NCBI RefSeq assembly: GCF_001194135.2
Contig: NC_068982.1
Location: forward strand, 41,176,257-41,240,256
DNA from: Octopus bimaculoides
Taxonomy: Eukaryota
Direction: 5' to 3'
Length of the DNA: 64,000 bases
This document shows, one piece after another, positions 12,633 through 26,388 of the stretch. The translations under genes and the position numbers were made by a program. The notes beneath the pieces were generated by a model. It ran no database searches. It was not told where the DNA came from and worked only from the letters and a program-made list of their open reading frames with translations. How positions within the stretch are numbered: position 1 is the stretch's first letter; every line of letters begins with the position of its first letter.

Positions 12633-12633
<1 letters not shown>

Positions 12634-12720
<87 letters not shown>
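12634..12720. repeat. (TG)n microsatellite, the longest of many (TG)n, (TA)n, (GAT)n and (TTA)n tracts
   Basis: Read directly. Such tracts produce the spurious HT/CV/YI ORFs in the track. Confidence 0.98.
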
Positions 12721-12721
<1 letters not shown>

Positions 12722-13564
12722 ATGTGTGTGTGCATGTGTGAGTTCATATTCCCACTCACTTTCATGTGTGTTCACTGATTGTAAACAATTGTCTCTTTGT
12801 CCATGTGGAACTGTGTCATTTGCTTGCAGTCCACTGCAAAACCATGTCCAGGCTTCTTAACAATGATATACCTTAGCATGTTGTGTGATGTTAATGAACA
12901 AAAGGGTCATTCAAACAGTTTGTTTCCATTTCTCTCTATAACCATGTCGGGGTTGTTTGTTGTTCAATAGACTAAGAGATTATTGCCTCACCTGGAAATG
13001 AATAATGATTGATGTGAGGAAGGGCATCTGACCATAGAAAACTCTGCCCCAATATGTCCCCATTTGACCAGTATGAGCATGGGAAAGTAGATGTTAAATC
13101 AATGGTGACAAGTGGTTAAATCAGAATATTTAAAAGTAAAATGTATGCAAAGTCTTGAAGATCTCAAAACATAACCAACATTACCAAAACAATAAGAATG
13201 TTGAGAATTGCTAACATCAGAATTGAGTGGGTGTCTAATACACTGCATTCATGATTGTATTGTCTGTTCGGGTAAAATTTAATGTACTCTTCTCACTTCA
13301 ACTCACATCTTGGTTGTAAAAAATAAAAATACTTTCTCTTCTTTCACCGTTAAGTAATTCACTCCAAGAATTTATGACCTCAAATGCAAGTATGTAAACA
13401 TGAAATTAGAAGAGATTATATGAAAAAAAAAATGCTGACAGTATTTTAGTCTGTTGACTCTAATGTATATGCAATATATTGATTTTGTTCACATTTCAAA
13501 TTTTTGTGTGTGTGTGTATATATTACATGTACATTACATGTATATATTTCAATTCTTATTTCAG

Positions 13565-13671
13565 GAAACAGACAAAAAGAGCCCGTGAATTATGGTGGAG
13601 TGGCTTACCACCATGTGTTCGAGGCAAAGTATGGAAATTAGCAATTGGTAACGAACTAAATATCACTGAGG
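13565..13671 (+). CDS. TBC1D14: TBC1D14-like exon ([35 protein letters not shown])
   Basis: tttcag acceptor and gtgag donor. WWxGxPPxVRGKVW is the start of the TBC domain. Phase 2 to 1. Confidence 0.97.
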
Positions 13672-15105
13672 GTGAGCATTATTCTCTAAAAGACATTAAT
13701 AAACATTCAAAAATGGTAATCATGTTTATTTTACTAATGCAATATCAGGTTCTGTTGTGTCTTCCTTTGATATAGTAATAAATAACAGAATAGATATTGG
13801 TTTCTTATGTTTGATAACAACCATATTTCAGTAAATTATTTCTAACTGAAACACGTTTAAAATTTATCTGGTCAAAACAAGTATAAATTACACAGGCAAC
13901 CTTTATGTCTGAATGTTTACTTTCAAACATGAAAACTCTTTCTCTTTACATCTTCTAAATCTTTATACACCATTTACAGATTGCTTCATAACCTCAGACT
14001 AAAAACAAGCCACTGGAATGTCCTGTGTATAACTTTGAAATAATAGTTTATAAGGAAACTAATGATTAAATTGTCAAAAATAGTGACGGAAAAAACTTTG
14101 TGTGTGTGTGTATGCAGGTGCAGGTTTTCCTGTGTGGTAAGTTTGCTTCCCTACCACATGGTTCCAGGTTCAGTCCCACTGTGTGACACCTTGGACAAGT
14201 ATTTTCTACTATATCTCCAGGCCAACTATAAAGCCTTGTGAATGGATTTGGTAGGTGGAAACTGAAAGAAGCCCGTTGTGTGTGTGTGTGTGTGTGTGTA
14301 TTTTCATATGTATGTATCTATGAGCATGTGTCTTTCTGTTTGTCCCTCACCATTGCTTGACAGCTGGTGTTGGTTTGTTTATATCCTCATAACTTATCAG
14401 TTCAGCAAACAGAGAAAGATTTAATAAGTAGCAGGTTTTAAAAAATATATATGGGGTTGATTTGTTCAACTAAATCCTTCAAGGCAGTGCCCCAGCATGG
14501 CCTCAGCCCAATGACAGTGCTGCATAAATGCACCCATGCCAGTGGCACATAAAAAGCACCCAGTACACTTTTAAGTGGTTGGCATTAGGAAGGGCATCCA
14601 ACCATAGAAACCATGCCATAACAGACAACTGGAATCTGGACAGCTCCCAGCTGGCCAGCTCCATATCAAACCGTCCAACCCATACTAGCATGGAAAGCAG
14701 ACAGTAGATGATGATGGTGATGATGATGATGATGTATTAAGTTTGACTCAGTTTCATATGACTTTAATTTTCATGAATGTGTAGGACAAGCCCATCTCTT
14801 CTAATATCATATGAGATGGATTCATCTTCCACACCCACAAAACTTGAAGTCATATGATACTTGAGTCAAACTGTCATTAAAAAATATCTGTAATTCCTAC
14901 CAAATGTGTTGAGTGCCACTTTCTTTCATTCATCCACTCATAGATGTGTGTGTGTGTGTGTGTGTGGTTAAAAGACATTTACTTCCCAACTATGTGACTT
15001 CAATCAGTCACATTGTAACACATTGGTTAAGTGTTTTCTACTATAACACCAGGCCAATCGAAACCTTGTGAGTAAATTTCATAGATGAAAACTGGAAGAA
15101 GCTTG

Positions 15106-15146
<41 letters not shown>

Positions 15147-15224
15147 TGCACCCAAATGTATGTCCGTGTGTTTGCTTACATTTGCATATAAATACACACA
15201 CACTCATATGTTTATATGCATGTT

Positions 15225-15262
<38 letters not shown>

Positions 15263-15368
15263 AAATAATAGATGGAAAATGCTCACAATTTACATAGTTT
15301 TAATATATTTTAAATTAAAGAGTATTGTGGTTGTTGACCGGTTTCACTTTTGCTAATCATGACATTGA

Positions 15369-16235
15369 NNNNNNNNNNNNNNNNNNNNNNNNNNNNNNNN
15401 NNNNNNNNNNNNNNNNNNNNNNNNNNNNNNNNNNNNNNNNNNNNNNNNNNNNNNNNNNNNNNNNNNNNNNNNNNNNNNNNNNNNNNNNNNNNNNNNNNNN
15501 NNNNNNNNNNNNNNNNNNNNNNNNNNNNNNNNNNNNNNNNNNNNNNNNNNNNNNNNNNNNNNNNNNNNNNNNNNNNNNNNNNNNNNNNNNNNNNNNNNNN
15601 NNNNNNNNNNNNNNNNNNNNNNNNNNNNNNNNNNNNNNNNNNNNNNNNNNNNNNNNNNNNNNNNNNNNNNNNNNNNNNNNNNNNNNNNNNNNNNNNNNNN
15701 NNNNNNNNNNNNNNNNNNNNNNNNNNNNNNNNNNNNNNNNNNNNNNNNNNNNNNNNNNNNNNNNNNNNNNNNNNNNNNNNNNNNNNNNNNNNNNNNNNNN
15801 NNNNNNNNNNNNNNNNNNNNNNNNNNNNNNNNNNNNNNNNNNNNNNNNNNNNNNNNNNNNNNNNNNNNNNNNNNNNNNNNNNNNNNNNNNNNNNNNNNNN
15901 NNNNNNNNNNNNNNNNNNNNNNNNNNNNNNNNNNNNNNNNNNNNNNNNNNNNNNNNNNNNNNNNNNNNNNNNNNNNNNNNNNNNNNNNNNNNNNNNNNNN
16001 NNNNNNNNNNNNNNNNNNNNNNNNNNNNNNNNNNNNNNNNNNNNNNNNNNNNNNNNNNNNNNNNNNNNNNNNNNNNNNNNNNNNNNNNNNNNNNNNNNNN
16101 NNNNNNNNNNNNNNNNNNNNNNNNNNNNNNNNNNNNNNNNNNNNNNNNNNNNNNNNNNNNNNNNNNNNNNNNNNNNNNNNNNNNNNNNNNNNNNNNNNNN
16201 NNNNNNNNNNNNNNNNNNNNNNNNNNNNNNNNNNN
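15369..16235. other. Assembly gap (N-run). Other gaps: 17500-17604, 31401-31410, 41348-41448, 43645-43700, 51450-51499
   Basis: N characters. Exon phases show that no constitutive exon needs to lie in these gaps. Confidence 1.
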
Positions 16236-16312
<77 letters not shown>

Positions 16313-16334
16313 GCAATCTATTATATACATATAT

Positions 16335-16640
16335 ATAGTGAGAATTTACAAAAGACGAAGAGCAGTGTGTAAACAACAAACAAATGTATTAGTTTAACGC
16401 TCGGGAAGTGAGAAAGTCTTTTACATTTCGAGCCTATGCTCTTCGACAGAAAGGAATACAGAAATAAACAGGGAGATAAAATACGAAAAGGTATAGTGGC
16501 TAGCAATCTTTTTGATTTCCAGATAAGGAATTTCTTATTCCACATGTCTACAGATGTGTGAAATAAGTGGACAAATTGTTTACAAGAGCAATTTATTAAA
16601 GGGAAGGAAAAGCATATAATCTTTTGACTCTCATGTACTG
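16335..16640 (-). mobile_element. Microsatellite-associated repeat, possibly a Penelope-like retroelement terminal fragment
   Basis: Homologous to a shorter inverted copy at about 11705-11785. Flanked by (TA)n. Carries the hammerhead-like motif that such elements typically have. Confidence 0.4.
16418..16453 (-). ncRNA. Minimal hammerhead-like motif with variant core, in a probable Penelope-like repeat
   Basis: The minus strand reads CTTT CTGTCGA A GAGC-ATAG-GCTC GAAA TG TA AAAG: 4-bp stem I, 4-bp stem II, vestigial stem III. The core has T at the A6 position. Confidence 0.4.
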
Positions 16641-17967
16641 AAAATGTTCCATTCATTTATTGACAATTTACTGCTCGATGAAACTATAACATTAACCTTG
16701 GCCGTTGGTACTAAAGGCAGAATGCAAAGAGCCAGAACAGTCACCACAGAGCATCTCATTTGATGCTCTAACAACTCTTCCAATTCTTCACCCTCGACTG
16801 ATACTTTATCAACCCAGAAAGAATGATGGGCAAAGTTGATCTCAGCAAAATTTCATGTTAGAGACCCTGTCAAATAATGCAAGGCATTCTATCCAACATT
16901 CAAGTGACTCCACCCCTTTGAGGAAACATAACCATACGTAATCTTTTGTTGGCATGCTGGATGTCTCTCCAGTAGCTCTGGGGCTATATCAAACATCTTC
17001 AGAAGAACTCTGTGCTTTTCTGAGGAGTTCACTGACGACCTTTACTTTTGAACATTTGGTTGATTTTGCTGTTGTTGTTTAGTTTACTCTCTAACATTCA
17101 AAGGTTTTCCTGAACTGATCTTAAGCCTCTTTTCTTTTCCGCGTCTTCTGAAATAGAGTTTGTCAATATCATTATCCCTCTGGAATGTTGATGTCAAGAT
17201 TTTTCAGGTTTAAATATCAACAGGGCAAATTTCTTTTGTCAAATCAAAATCTGATTTAAGTCCAGTCAGTGTTTGCTCATAGCACTTTTATATATGTTCA
17301 TCAATACCTAGGGGTTTTGTATACCTTGTGTAGAACTGGAGAGATAAAGAGATGCCATTAATGTTAAGGATTTGGATTCAGGAAGCAATGTTCTTTCATT
17401 CAAGCTGACAAATATGAGTACGCCATGTTCCATTCCTGTATATTAGCTACATGGTTGTGTGAAGGAAATAGCTGACATTACACCCGTTTGGGAATATATN
17501 NNNNNNNNNNNNNNNNNNNNNNNNNNNNNNNNNNNNNNNNNNNNNNNNNNNNNNNNNNNNNNNNNNNNNNNNNNNNNNNNNNNNNNNNNNNNNNNNNNNN
17601 NNNNTATATATATATTAATTTTCTCAAAGCTGACCTTCAAATGTAGACAGAACAACTCTTGTGAACTCTTTCACTTCCCTTTTGTTGTAAAAGTGAAAGA
17701 AAAGATGTGACATTATAGTCTTTGGAAATCTATATCTTAATTTTCTCATAGTTTTAATGTATAACCAGAACAGCTCACATCAGCTATTCCTCTTTCTATT
17801 TTTGTTATATAAATCTCACTGAAGAAAGAGGATAGCTAACATCAAAGACATTTTTTTTTCACAAATCTATTTACATCTTAATTTTCTTACATCTGACCTT
17901 GATATATAGCCAGAACTGCTCCCATGAGCCATTTCACTAACTTTTTCTTTCGTTGATGCCATAGAAA

Positions 17968-18012
<45 letters not shown>

Positions 18013-18051
18013 CAGCTCTTTTTTAATACTTTATATTTTATTTCATTACAG

Positions 18052-18129
18052 AACTCTTCGAAATTTGTCTAAATCGTGCCAAAGACCGAATCAAAATGTT
18101 GAGTGAGGAATCAAATGGCTCATCAGAAA
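18052..18129 (+). CDS. TBC1D14: TBC1D14-like exon (ELFEICLNRAKDRIKMLSEESNGSSE)
   Basis: ttacag acceptor and gtaagt donor. Resembles ELFDICLARAKER of TBC1D14. Phase 1 to 1. Confidence 0.95.
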
Positions 18130-18659
18130 GTAAGTCTTCTGTTTAATTATTGATATAAATCTATAATCAACAGATAAAAGAAACCAGGAAAGATTACCAG
18201 TACACACTTGTGGTAGGTGACATGTGCAAAGCAATGAACAAACTGTATGACTTTTAATTCTTAACCTGAAATTTCACTTTACTACTCTTTGTTGCATACT
18301 TCTGTCAGATGAGAAATTAAAAAAATAGTCATAACAAAGGAGATTGTGAGAGCAACTGCAAATGAATACTATCTGTGACCAGATGGTGCTATTAACTTAG
18401 CCAGGGCCTGTTCTGCTGCCTGCTGAAATCTCTCATCTCATTTGGTCAACAAACAAAACATTTAAAACTTACAATAATTCATCATTTAACGTCTGCTTTC
18501 CATGCTGGCATAGGTTAGACGGTTTGACTGGAACTGGTAAGCCGGAGCGCTGCACCAGGTTCCAGTCTGATTTGGCATGGTTTCTACGGCTGGATGCCTT
18601 TCCTAATACCAACCACTCCAAGAGTGTAATGGGTACTTTTTATGTTTTGCCAGTCAACC

Positions 18660-19330
18660 ACTATTCTTGGGAGGGTCATGGGGATAGAGTTCTCGGGTAC
18701 CTCCTCCAAAGGGTCCTGTCAGAAACAACTGTCATTAAACTTTCCAGCTGGATTCCGAAGTATGACCAATGGAGACTATGAATGTTACCCAATTACCTCA
18801 CTTGTGGTCTGCCCTTAGGTCTCCTGCCAGTTGGCTCTGCTTGAATAATTTGTTATGTGATCCTTTCCTGCAACATTCTAACCACAAATCTGTAGTACCA
18901 GGGTGGTGACCTCTCAATATGGAGAAGCAGCAGCTCAACTTGGAGAAACTCCCCGATCTCTAAGTTATGCACCCTGCTGAGTAATGTTATTCCAGAGATC
19001 CTTCAGAGGGAATTCTATGTTGGACACTTGTATTCACAATCATATTCTTTCAGTCATTACCCAATATTCATGGCTATAAGTGAGGATAGGCATGGAAACC
19101 AAACTGAAAATAGGGAGTTTGGCTTTTTCACTAGATTCTACTTTTTTAGGATCAAATGCTGAAGCTGGTGCATTACAGTACCAGAACCTACAATTCTAGT
19201 ATCCAATTCAGCCTCCTGCCTCCCATCACTCATGAATACAGCTCAAAGATACTTAAACTTCCCCATTTCCCTCAGTGACGTTTGACTAGCATACAGAGTG
19301 CACTGGTAAGACTTTCTTGAATAGACCAGA
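18660..19330 (-). mobile_element. RTE-clade LINE 3' ORF fragment, degenerate
   Basis: The minus strand gives KFKYL.AVFMSDGRQEAELDTRI and RISGITLLSRVH, an RTE post-RT region with stops and frameshifts. Confidence 0.7.
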
Positions 19331-19702
19331 ACATAAAAAATCAGATTTTTGCCATAATTTATATATGCAGACTTTAAAATCTTCAGTTGCCTAAGTATTT
19401 GGCAGCTGAATTTTCTTCTAAGATTATCTTAAAATACGTCTTATTTTTTATTATTTCCTAATCAAAATAAGAAAATAGTAATATAAATCTTATTTCTAAT
19501 GGAAGCAATTTGTTCCAAACCAGCAAATTACTTTAATGAATGTACAGGATTTCAGCTTGCATCCTAAACTTATCCTGTGCTTTATATTTAATTATACATA
19601 TTTTTTTATTCCACTCACAGCCAAGCAATAGGAAGCATGCATGCACACACATACACGCACAGCAATATTATTATTAATCTCATATTCTACTTTTCTCTGC
19701 AG

Positions 19703-19797
19703 ATACCTCTGACCTTCCGTCCAGCAAGGAAGCTAGTGTGGATCTGATAAAATTGGATGTTTCTCGCACCTTTCCACAATTCTGTATCTTCCAGAAA
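19703..19797 (+). CDS. TBC1D14: TBC1D14-like exon with IxxDxxR arginine finger (NTSDLPSSKEASVDLIKLDVSRTFPQFCIFQK)
   Basis: ctgcag acceptor and gtaagt donor. IKLDVSRT is the TBC catalytic Arg-finger motif. Phase 1 to 0. Confidence 0.97.
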
Positions 19798-20564
19798 GTA
19801 AGTATTTATCATTTAAAGTTTGCCATCAGATATCAAATCAATGACATCTAGATTCTCCCGATTCCCCTTCACTCGATCCTTTGAACACTGAGCATCTGAG
19901 CACTATTTCGCTGATACACTGGGTTCCTGAGATGAACAAGCACACACTGCACTGGGCTGCACACCTGTCAACTGTATAGCTGCAACATGCTGGTTATCAC
20001 TCTGATTACTATCAGATACAGTCATTGCTTTCCAGCTCAAAGTCACTTTCAGCCCCATAATCATTGCCATGTAAACTCTCTGAATCAGAATTGAGCAACT
20101 ATTTGGTCTACAATGAAATATTTACCTGCAATTTTCAGTGTAATTTTACAAAAATACACTAAGATACCAAGAAAAGTTCTGTAAACAATGCTGCCCAAAG
20201 ATCAGATGAAATAAGCTCTGTGATTAGCTGGTTTTTTGCTAAGCAATAAGTTTATAAATATGTACTTGTGGAGGTCCAAAAATTAGCCATGCACATGTGC
20301 TCTCTTCTTTTTCTTTCTTATCTTTCTCTCCCTCCATTCCTCCTCTCTCTCTCTCTCTCTCTGTCTCTATCACACACCTCTCTCTTGCATGCACACATTA
20401 ATGATTATATGATGGGAGAGAGTGTCACATATGGAATTTTATGCAACAGAAAAACAAAGGCATATTCAAAGTAGAAACTTTCTCCTAATATAAGTTTTGT
20501 GCAATAAGTGCCTTATCCATTCCATATTCATTCATGATGTATAAAATTATTTTCTCATTTGCAG

Positions 20565-20636
20565 GGTGGACCATATCATGATCTTTTACACAGTCTTTTA
20601 GGAGCCTATGCTTGCTATCGACCCGATGTTGGTTAT
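20565..20636 (+). CDS. TBC1D14: TBC1D14-like exon ([24 protein letters not shown])
   Basis: ttgcag acceptor and gtaagt donor. Very close to [24 protein letters not shown]. Phase 0 to 0. Confidence 0.97.
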
Positions 20637-20902
20637 GTAAGTTTACATCTGTTTCTGTTATCTTTTACTTGTTTCTATCATTGGAGTCTGGTCATGCTGG
20701 TGCACCACCTTGAAGAATTTTAGTTGATGAATGGAACCCTGTACTTATTCCATTTATCTCTTTTGTTTTACCAAAATACTGGTACTTATTCTATTGATCT
20801 CTTTTGCCGAGCTGCTAAGTTGCAGGGATATAAATACACCATCACCAGTTGTCAAGCAGTGGTTGAGGAGAGACACAAATACACACGCACGTGTGCGCAC
20901 AT

Positions 20903-20939
<37 letters not shown>

Positions 20940-22055
20940 TAAGATAGTACTTTCTTACTTCCTGGGAGCAAGGTAAAGCCCTCTTTACAAATTAGTAAAC
21001 ATTCAAATTTTAGTTTCTCATATTTAAAAGTTTAAAATGCTGCCATAGTATTCATTCACCCATTAGCAATCAAATTATTCTGTCCACTGTAATGCTTATT
21101 TATTCACTTTATTTTGAATTAATCATGCATTATCTTGTACCTTCAAAATTTTGATGAAGTGATTGTTTATTTTTAGAATGACATTGTAGGGTAGGTCTGG
21201 GAGGCTGGATCTGGCCAATTTGAATATAAAACAGATAGAATATTTGGCCTGGATGTTGCCAGTTTAAACACTAATGGGTTAAGTATTCTTTTAGTGGATG
21301 CACATAGCTTAGTGGTTAGGATGTTGGACTCCTGGTCATAAGATTGTGGTTTTAATTCCTGAACCGGGTGACGTGCTGTGTTCTTCATTTCACATTGCTC
21401 CAGTTCACTCAGCTGGCAAAAATGAGTCATCCTGTGACAGACTGGTGTCCCGTCCAGGTGGGGAATATATATGCCATGAAACTGGGAAACTGGCCCTTAT
21501 GAGCTGGTATGACTTGAGAAGGTAACTTTACCTTTTTTTTGGCCCTTTTTACTTTTTTAACTATTTTTAAAATTGATTTGTATTATATCTCTCCTTCTTC
21601 ATCACAGGGTTCACTCAGCTGGCAAAAATGAGTTGCACCTGTGTTTCAGAGGTCCAGCCTTGTCATATTCTGTGTCACGCTGAATCTCACTCTGAACTAC
21701 ATCAAGGGTACATATGTCCGTGGAGCGCTCAACCACTTACATGTTAGTTTCATGAGCAGGCTGTTCCATTGATTGGATCAACTAGAACCTTTGTTGTCAT
21801 CACTAACAGAATGCCAGTTTATCATGGGTTGGGTCCAAAACAAAAAAATACATTAATAAATTAGTCATTTCCACATACTTTGTAAATGGAAGAAACAACA
21901 GATTCACTGACATTAAACTTGTGCCCCACAACAGCAAAGCTTCCACCATCATGTAATTTCTTGATCGTTTCTACTTTTACCTGTAGAGAATGCACTCAAC
22001 TGTATCATTTGTTAGGTTTAGGTGCTTTCATATTTTTACTGTTCATTGGTTTTAT

Positions 22056-22117
22056 GTTGATCATCATCATCATCATCATCGTTTAACGTGATGATGATGA
22101 TGATGATGATGATCAAC
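22056..22117. repeat. Perfect 25-bp inverted repeat (CAT)n/(GAT)n with a 12-nt loop
   Basis: gttgatcatcat...catc gtttaacgtgat gatgat...gatcaac. Confidence 0.9.
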
Positions 22118-22616
22118 TGGATATGAGTATATAAATTCTTATAGAAAAAAATACACAGCCTCATAGCATGGGCATGTAAACATAAGCAATAATCAGCACA
22201 TTCTGAGTAGCTGAGTACTGTGGATGGTTGCAGGGGTGCATGCTATCACAGATCCATCCATGATGAGTGCAACAGGGTTCAAAATTGAAGGCACTGTGTT
22301 CCCAATCAGTGATGAATGAGTCAGTGGTAAACAGGGCTACATCAATAAAAAAATAAAGTATTAATGAAGTATCAAGGTCGTGAGACACTGTCATTATAAA
22401 ATAAAATGTCACTAAGATGACTATATTAGTGGATAAACTTGTTCAACATACAGTCTCGTACCAACTTAAATAACTTTTAGATACTTTCTTCAAATGTTCA
22501 CACATTATTCACCTGCCTGCAACTGATGAAACTGAAATAATTAGAACAAGAATACAATGCAACAACAGCTTATAACGTTTTTTTGTTTTTTGTTTATTTT
22601 TTTTTCCTATTGACAG

Positions 22617-22745
22617 GTTCAAGGAATGTCTTTCTTGGCAGCTGTGTTGCTGTTGAACATGGAGGTAGCTGATGCGTTTATCTGTTTTGCAAATCTTTTG
22701 AATGGTCCCTGCCAGGTTGCTTTCTTCCGTGTTGATGAAGGAATG
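22617..22745 (+). CDS. TBC1D14: TBC1D14-like exon with the Gln finger ([43 protein letters not shown])
   Basis: tgacag acceptor and gtgag donor. The YxQG motif is completed across the GY|VQG junction. Phase 0 to 0. Confidence 0.97.
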
Positions 22746-23954
22746 GTGAGCAAATTTTTTTTAATTGTAAATTCCTTTACAACTAAAATAGAAATCTTAC
22801 TTTAACTCCATACTTTTTTATTACCTCATTGTCTTAAAATCTTTTGTTTCATTTAGTAAATCTTTCTTCTATAGACACAAGACCTGAAATTTTGAGGGAG
22901 GGTACTAGTTGATTACATTGACCCCAGTGTTCAGCTGGTATTTATTTTACAGACCCTAAAATGATTAAAGACATAGTCAGCCTCAGCAGAATTTTAACTC
23001 AGAGCATAAAGCTGGATGAAATGCCACTAAATATTTTATCTGGCATGTTAATGATTCTGCTAGCTCACCACTTTTTTGTTTCTTTTAATAATAAAAAAAA
23101 ACAACCCATTTTTTATTTGTTTATTTGTGTGTTTTTCTTCCCCTTGATGCTTTCTTTCTCTCTAGTTGTTACTGAAAGTCAGTAGTGATTGTCCTACAAG
23201 TGAATATGTTTTAGATCTTTCAATGCAGGCTGACTGCTGTGTTGTGTGGGAGTCAGTAAATATTTTTGGCCGGAAGAGATCTCAAAATCACTCTTGCATT
23301 TCTCTCTGTATTGACTGAGAATTATCCCTCCAAGAATCATTCTCTACAGATATTAGACTAGATACATTGAGTCAACATAGAAAAAAAAAATAATGCTAAT
23401 TCAATGTACTCATAGCTCTCAGTTGATCAAATACTATATTCTCATCATTGAACCTAATAGACATTCATTTAGTCAATGCTTTTTCAGAGAGGCCATTAAA
23501 TGCATCTTTCTTGGCATTTCAGCTCCTTGATTCTTATTATCTATGTATACTGTATTTTCTGGAATACAAGTCAGCATAGTATATAGTGTGAACATGTAGT
23601 GTAAACGTTCAAACATCATCACTATCTTTCCGAGTCTTTCTGCATTCCACATGGAATTTTTGGTCCTCTAAAGTCATTTTGGTGTTTAAGTCAACCTACC
23701 TTTTTTATGGCTGTCAATTTTGGTCTGAAAAATTTAACTTGTATGCCAAAAATTATGGTAAGTTTCATAAAGTTAACTGCTTTAAATACGTCTTGATATT
23801 CAACCAACAAAAATCAGTTATGACAACCATCTCCTGGCAGGAGATTTGTTGTAGAGACTGCTTTTATTCCTTATTGTGCCAAATACCAACAATTCTAGAT
23901 GTTTGCTCTGTGAATATTCTTTAACCCTTTTTTCTCTATTTTTGTTTTTTTTAG

Positions 23955-24064
23955 ATGAAGTCTTATTTTGATACTTATGATGAGTTCCTATTGGAAAATA
24001 TGCCCCAACTCCACCATCATTTTGGAAGACAGAACTTGACACCCGACATTTACATTATAGATTG
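23955..24064 (+). CDS. TBC1D14: TBC1D14-like exon (MKSYFDTYDEFLLENMPQLHHHFGRQNLTPDIYIIDW)
   Basis: ttttag acceptor and gtaagt donor. NLTPDIYxIDW motif. Phase 0 to 2. Confidence 0.96.
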
Positions 24065-26388
24065 GTAAGTTACCATTATTCAAGGAGATCTTTGTTTCCC
24101 TTTATATTTGTATGTGTCATCAGAAGCATATGCTGCCACCAACTATATAAAGTTTAATTGATACTGAAATTGTCAGCATGTTAGGAAAGCAATCTAAGTA
24201 TTCAATATAAGATGCTTTTTGGCAGGGATCCCCAACAGCTAGACCTTGGATCATTTGGTACCAGGTTGCACAAAAAGAATCAATTTTATTTCTATTTTAT
24301 TGATTATAGCAGTCTACAGGGTGTTTTATTTTGAAAAATTACACTTCTGTCTGTGGCATAGCTAATAGGGAAGCAAAATGAAGGACTAATCTTCCCAAGC
24401 ACATTTTTCAAAATTGGCACCGTTACAACCATTATTTTTTTTATATTCTTTTGTTACTTATATCAGTAGTTGTAAGTTTCATACATTATAACATTGTTAC
24501 TGAAACAGGAAATTAATGAATGTAGAATACAATTACGTATATTATAACTAATGAAATATTTCATGTAATATAAGAGAAATGAGTTAAAAATTGTTTGACA
24601 TGTGTCAATGCACCTTTTTTTTTATGTGCTCGCTTCCCCTAACTTTAGAACTTGCTATGTCTCTAGTCTGTGCCTCTTTCTCACACTTGTCTTAGTCAAA
24701 GTTTTTGCAAGCACCAATAAATTAGGCCCACAAGCTAAATGAAATTATAATATGAGTGCTAAATTCTTGGTCCATGCAAAAAAGATTGGGGACCACTGAT
24801 TTGCTGGATTGAGGAAAGGTCTCTACCAGGTAAGAAAAAAATATTATTCCATAAACTACAAAATAAAAATGTTAAAATACAAAAGAATCAAAAGCTTATT
24901 AAACATAATTCTACATTCAGAATTATTTCTGATGAAGAATAAAGAAATTTGGTAGATTGTTCACTTACCTAAGGTGAACAACCTAAAAGGTTCTATAATA
25001 GTTAATCTTAAGTGTCACAGCAAAATACTTGATTAAAACTAAAGCTTGAGACCAATAAAGTTTTTAAAAAATAGTCAACATGGCTGTGTGGTTAAGTTCA
25101 CATTGCAACCACATGGTTTCAGGTTCAATACCTTGTGAGTGAATTTAGTTGACAGAAAGTCTGTCATGTGTGTTTGCAGCTTTATATTTGTCTCTTCTCA
25201 TCACTTAGGCAACCAGTGTGAGTTTATTTGTATCCCTGTAACTTAGCAGTTCAGCCAGAAGGGACTGATAAAAGAAGTACCAGGCTTAAAATATGTACTG
25301 AGGTTGAATTGGTCAACTAAACCCTTCGAGGCATAGGTGCAGTCCAATGACTGAAACAAAATAATAAAAATGTAAAGAATTGGTGTACCATAAGAAGAAA
25401 ATGCTAACATTTCAATAGAGCCCTTTGGGAAACAAAGAACACTGCTTTATTTTCTCTGTAAGGAATTTTAAAAAAATAGTTAATATTGATATTTCCCTGT
25501 ATTAAAGACTAAGAAATATCTGTTTGTACTATTCTTTACTATTGTAGTAACTAAAACCACAGCACAAATAAGCTTTGATCAAATTCAGTCTTGAGATATA
25601 ATTATATGTCTCCAATTTCTTTCACTTTGGTACACAGCAACAGAATAATTTTTTTGTTGAGTAATTGGATCTGTCTTGCTTTTCATTCATCCAATTTTTG
25701 ATTCTCTTTATTGCTATCATTTACATTTCTTTCATTGTTGTGCTATATTTACAATTCTATTTTACTGATGATAAGCATTGTAATTTTCTCTAAATTGTTA
25801 TAGATGCAGCCGTGGCTGTGTGGTTAAGAAGCTTGCTTCCCAACCATGTGGTCTTGGGTTCAGTCCTACTGTGTTACACCTTGGACAAGTATCTTCTACT
25901 ATAGCCCCTGAAAGAAGCCTGTCATATATATATATAAAATAATAATAATAATCCATGATCACATTTTTCTTACGATCATAGTTTATATTCCTCTGATGAT
26001 TACAGTACAGTCTGTAGTGTACATGGACATCTGGTGGATCATTCACCTCTAGAAAACTGCTATTGCCAGTTGGTAACATTAGGCTGTGGCCAGCATAATA
26101 AAATAGGAGCTTTGATATGCATATTCATAAACGAATTTAAAGGATGTGTGTGTACCCTTGTCTAGATATCTCATGATGGTTGTAAAGAAGCATCATTTCA
26201 TACAAGCAAACTTATTTGTTTCCAGTCTTTTGTGAAAAACATGTCTAGTTATGGGAAAATATCACCTTGCTTGGAAACAGGTGAAGTTTGGTGACAGGAA
26301 GGGCATCTGGCCATAAAAAATCTGCATCAACAGATTCTATCTGCTACCTGCAAGCATGGGAAAGTGGTCATTAAATGATGATGTTATA

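Noticed and set aside
17020-17480. Coding-like composition suggesting a decayed transposase or gene
   Set aside because: All frames are interrupted and I recognised no motif.
15310-17710. Long ORFs of 325-340 aa and 70-83 aa containing X runs
   Set aside because: Artefacts of N-gaps flanked by (TA)n/(CA)n tracts.
24222-24797. hAT-like MITE ends (cagggatccccaac / gattggggaccactg)
   Set aside because: Plausible, but no 8-bp target-site duplication could be confirmed, so it is not listed as a feature.
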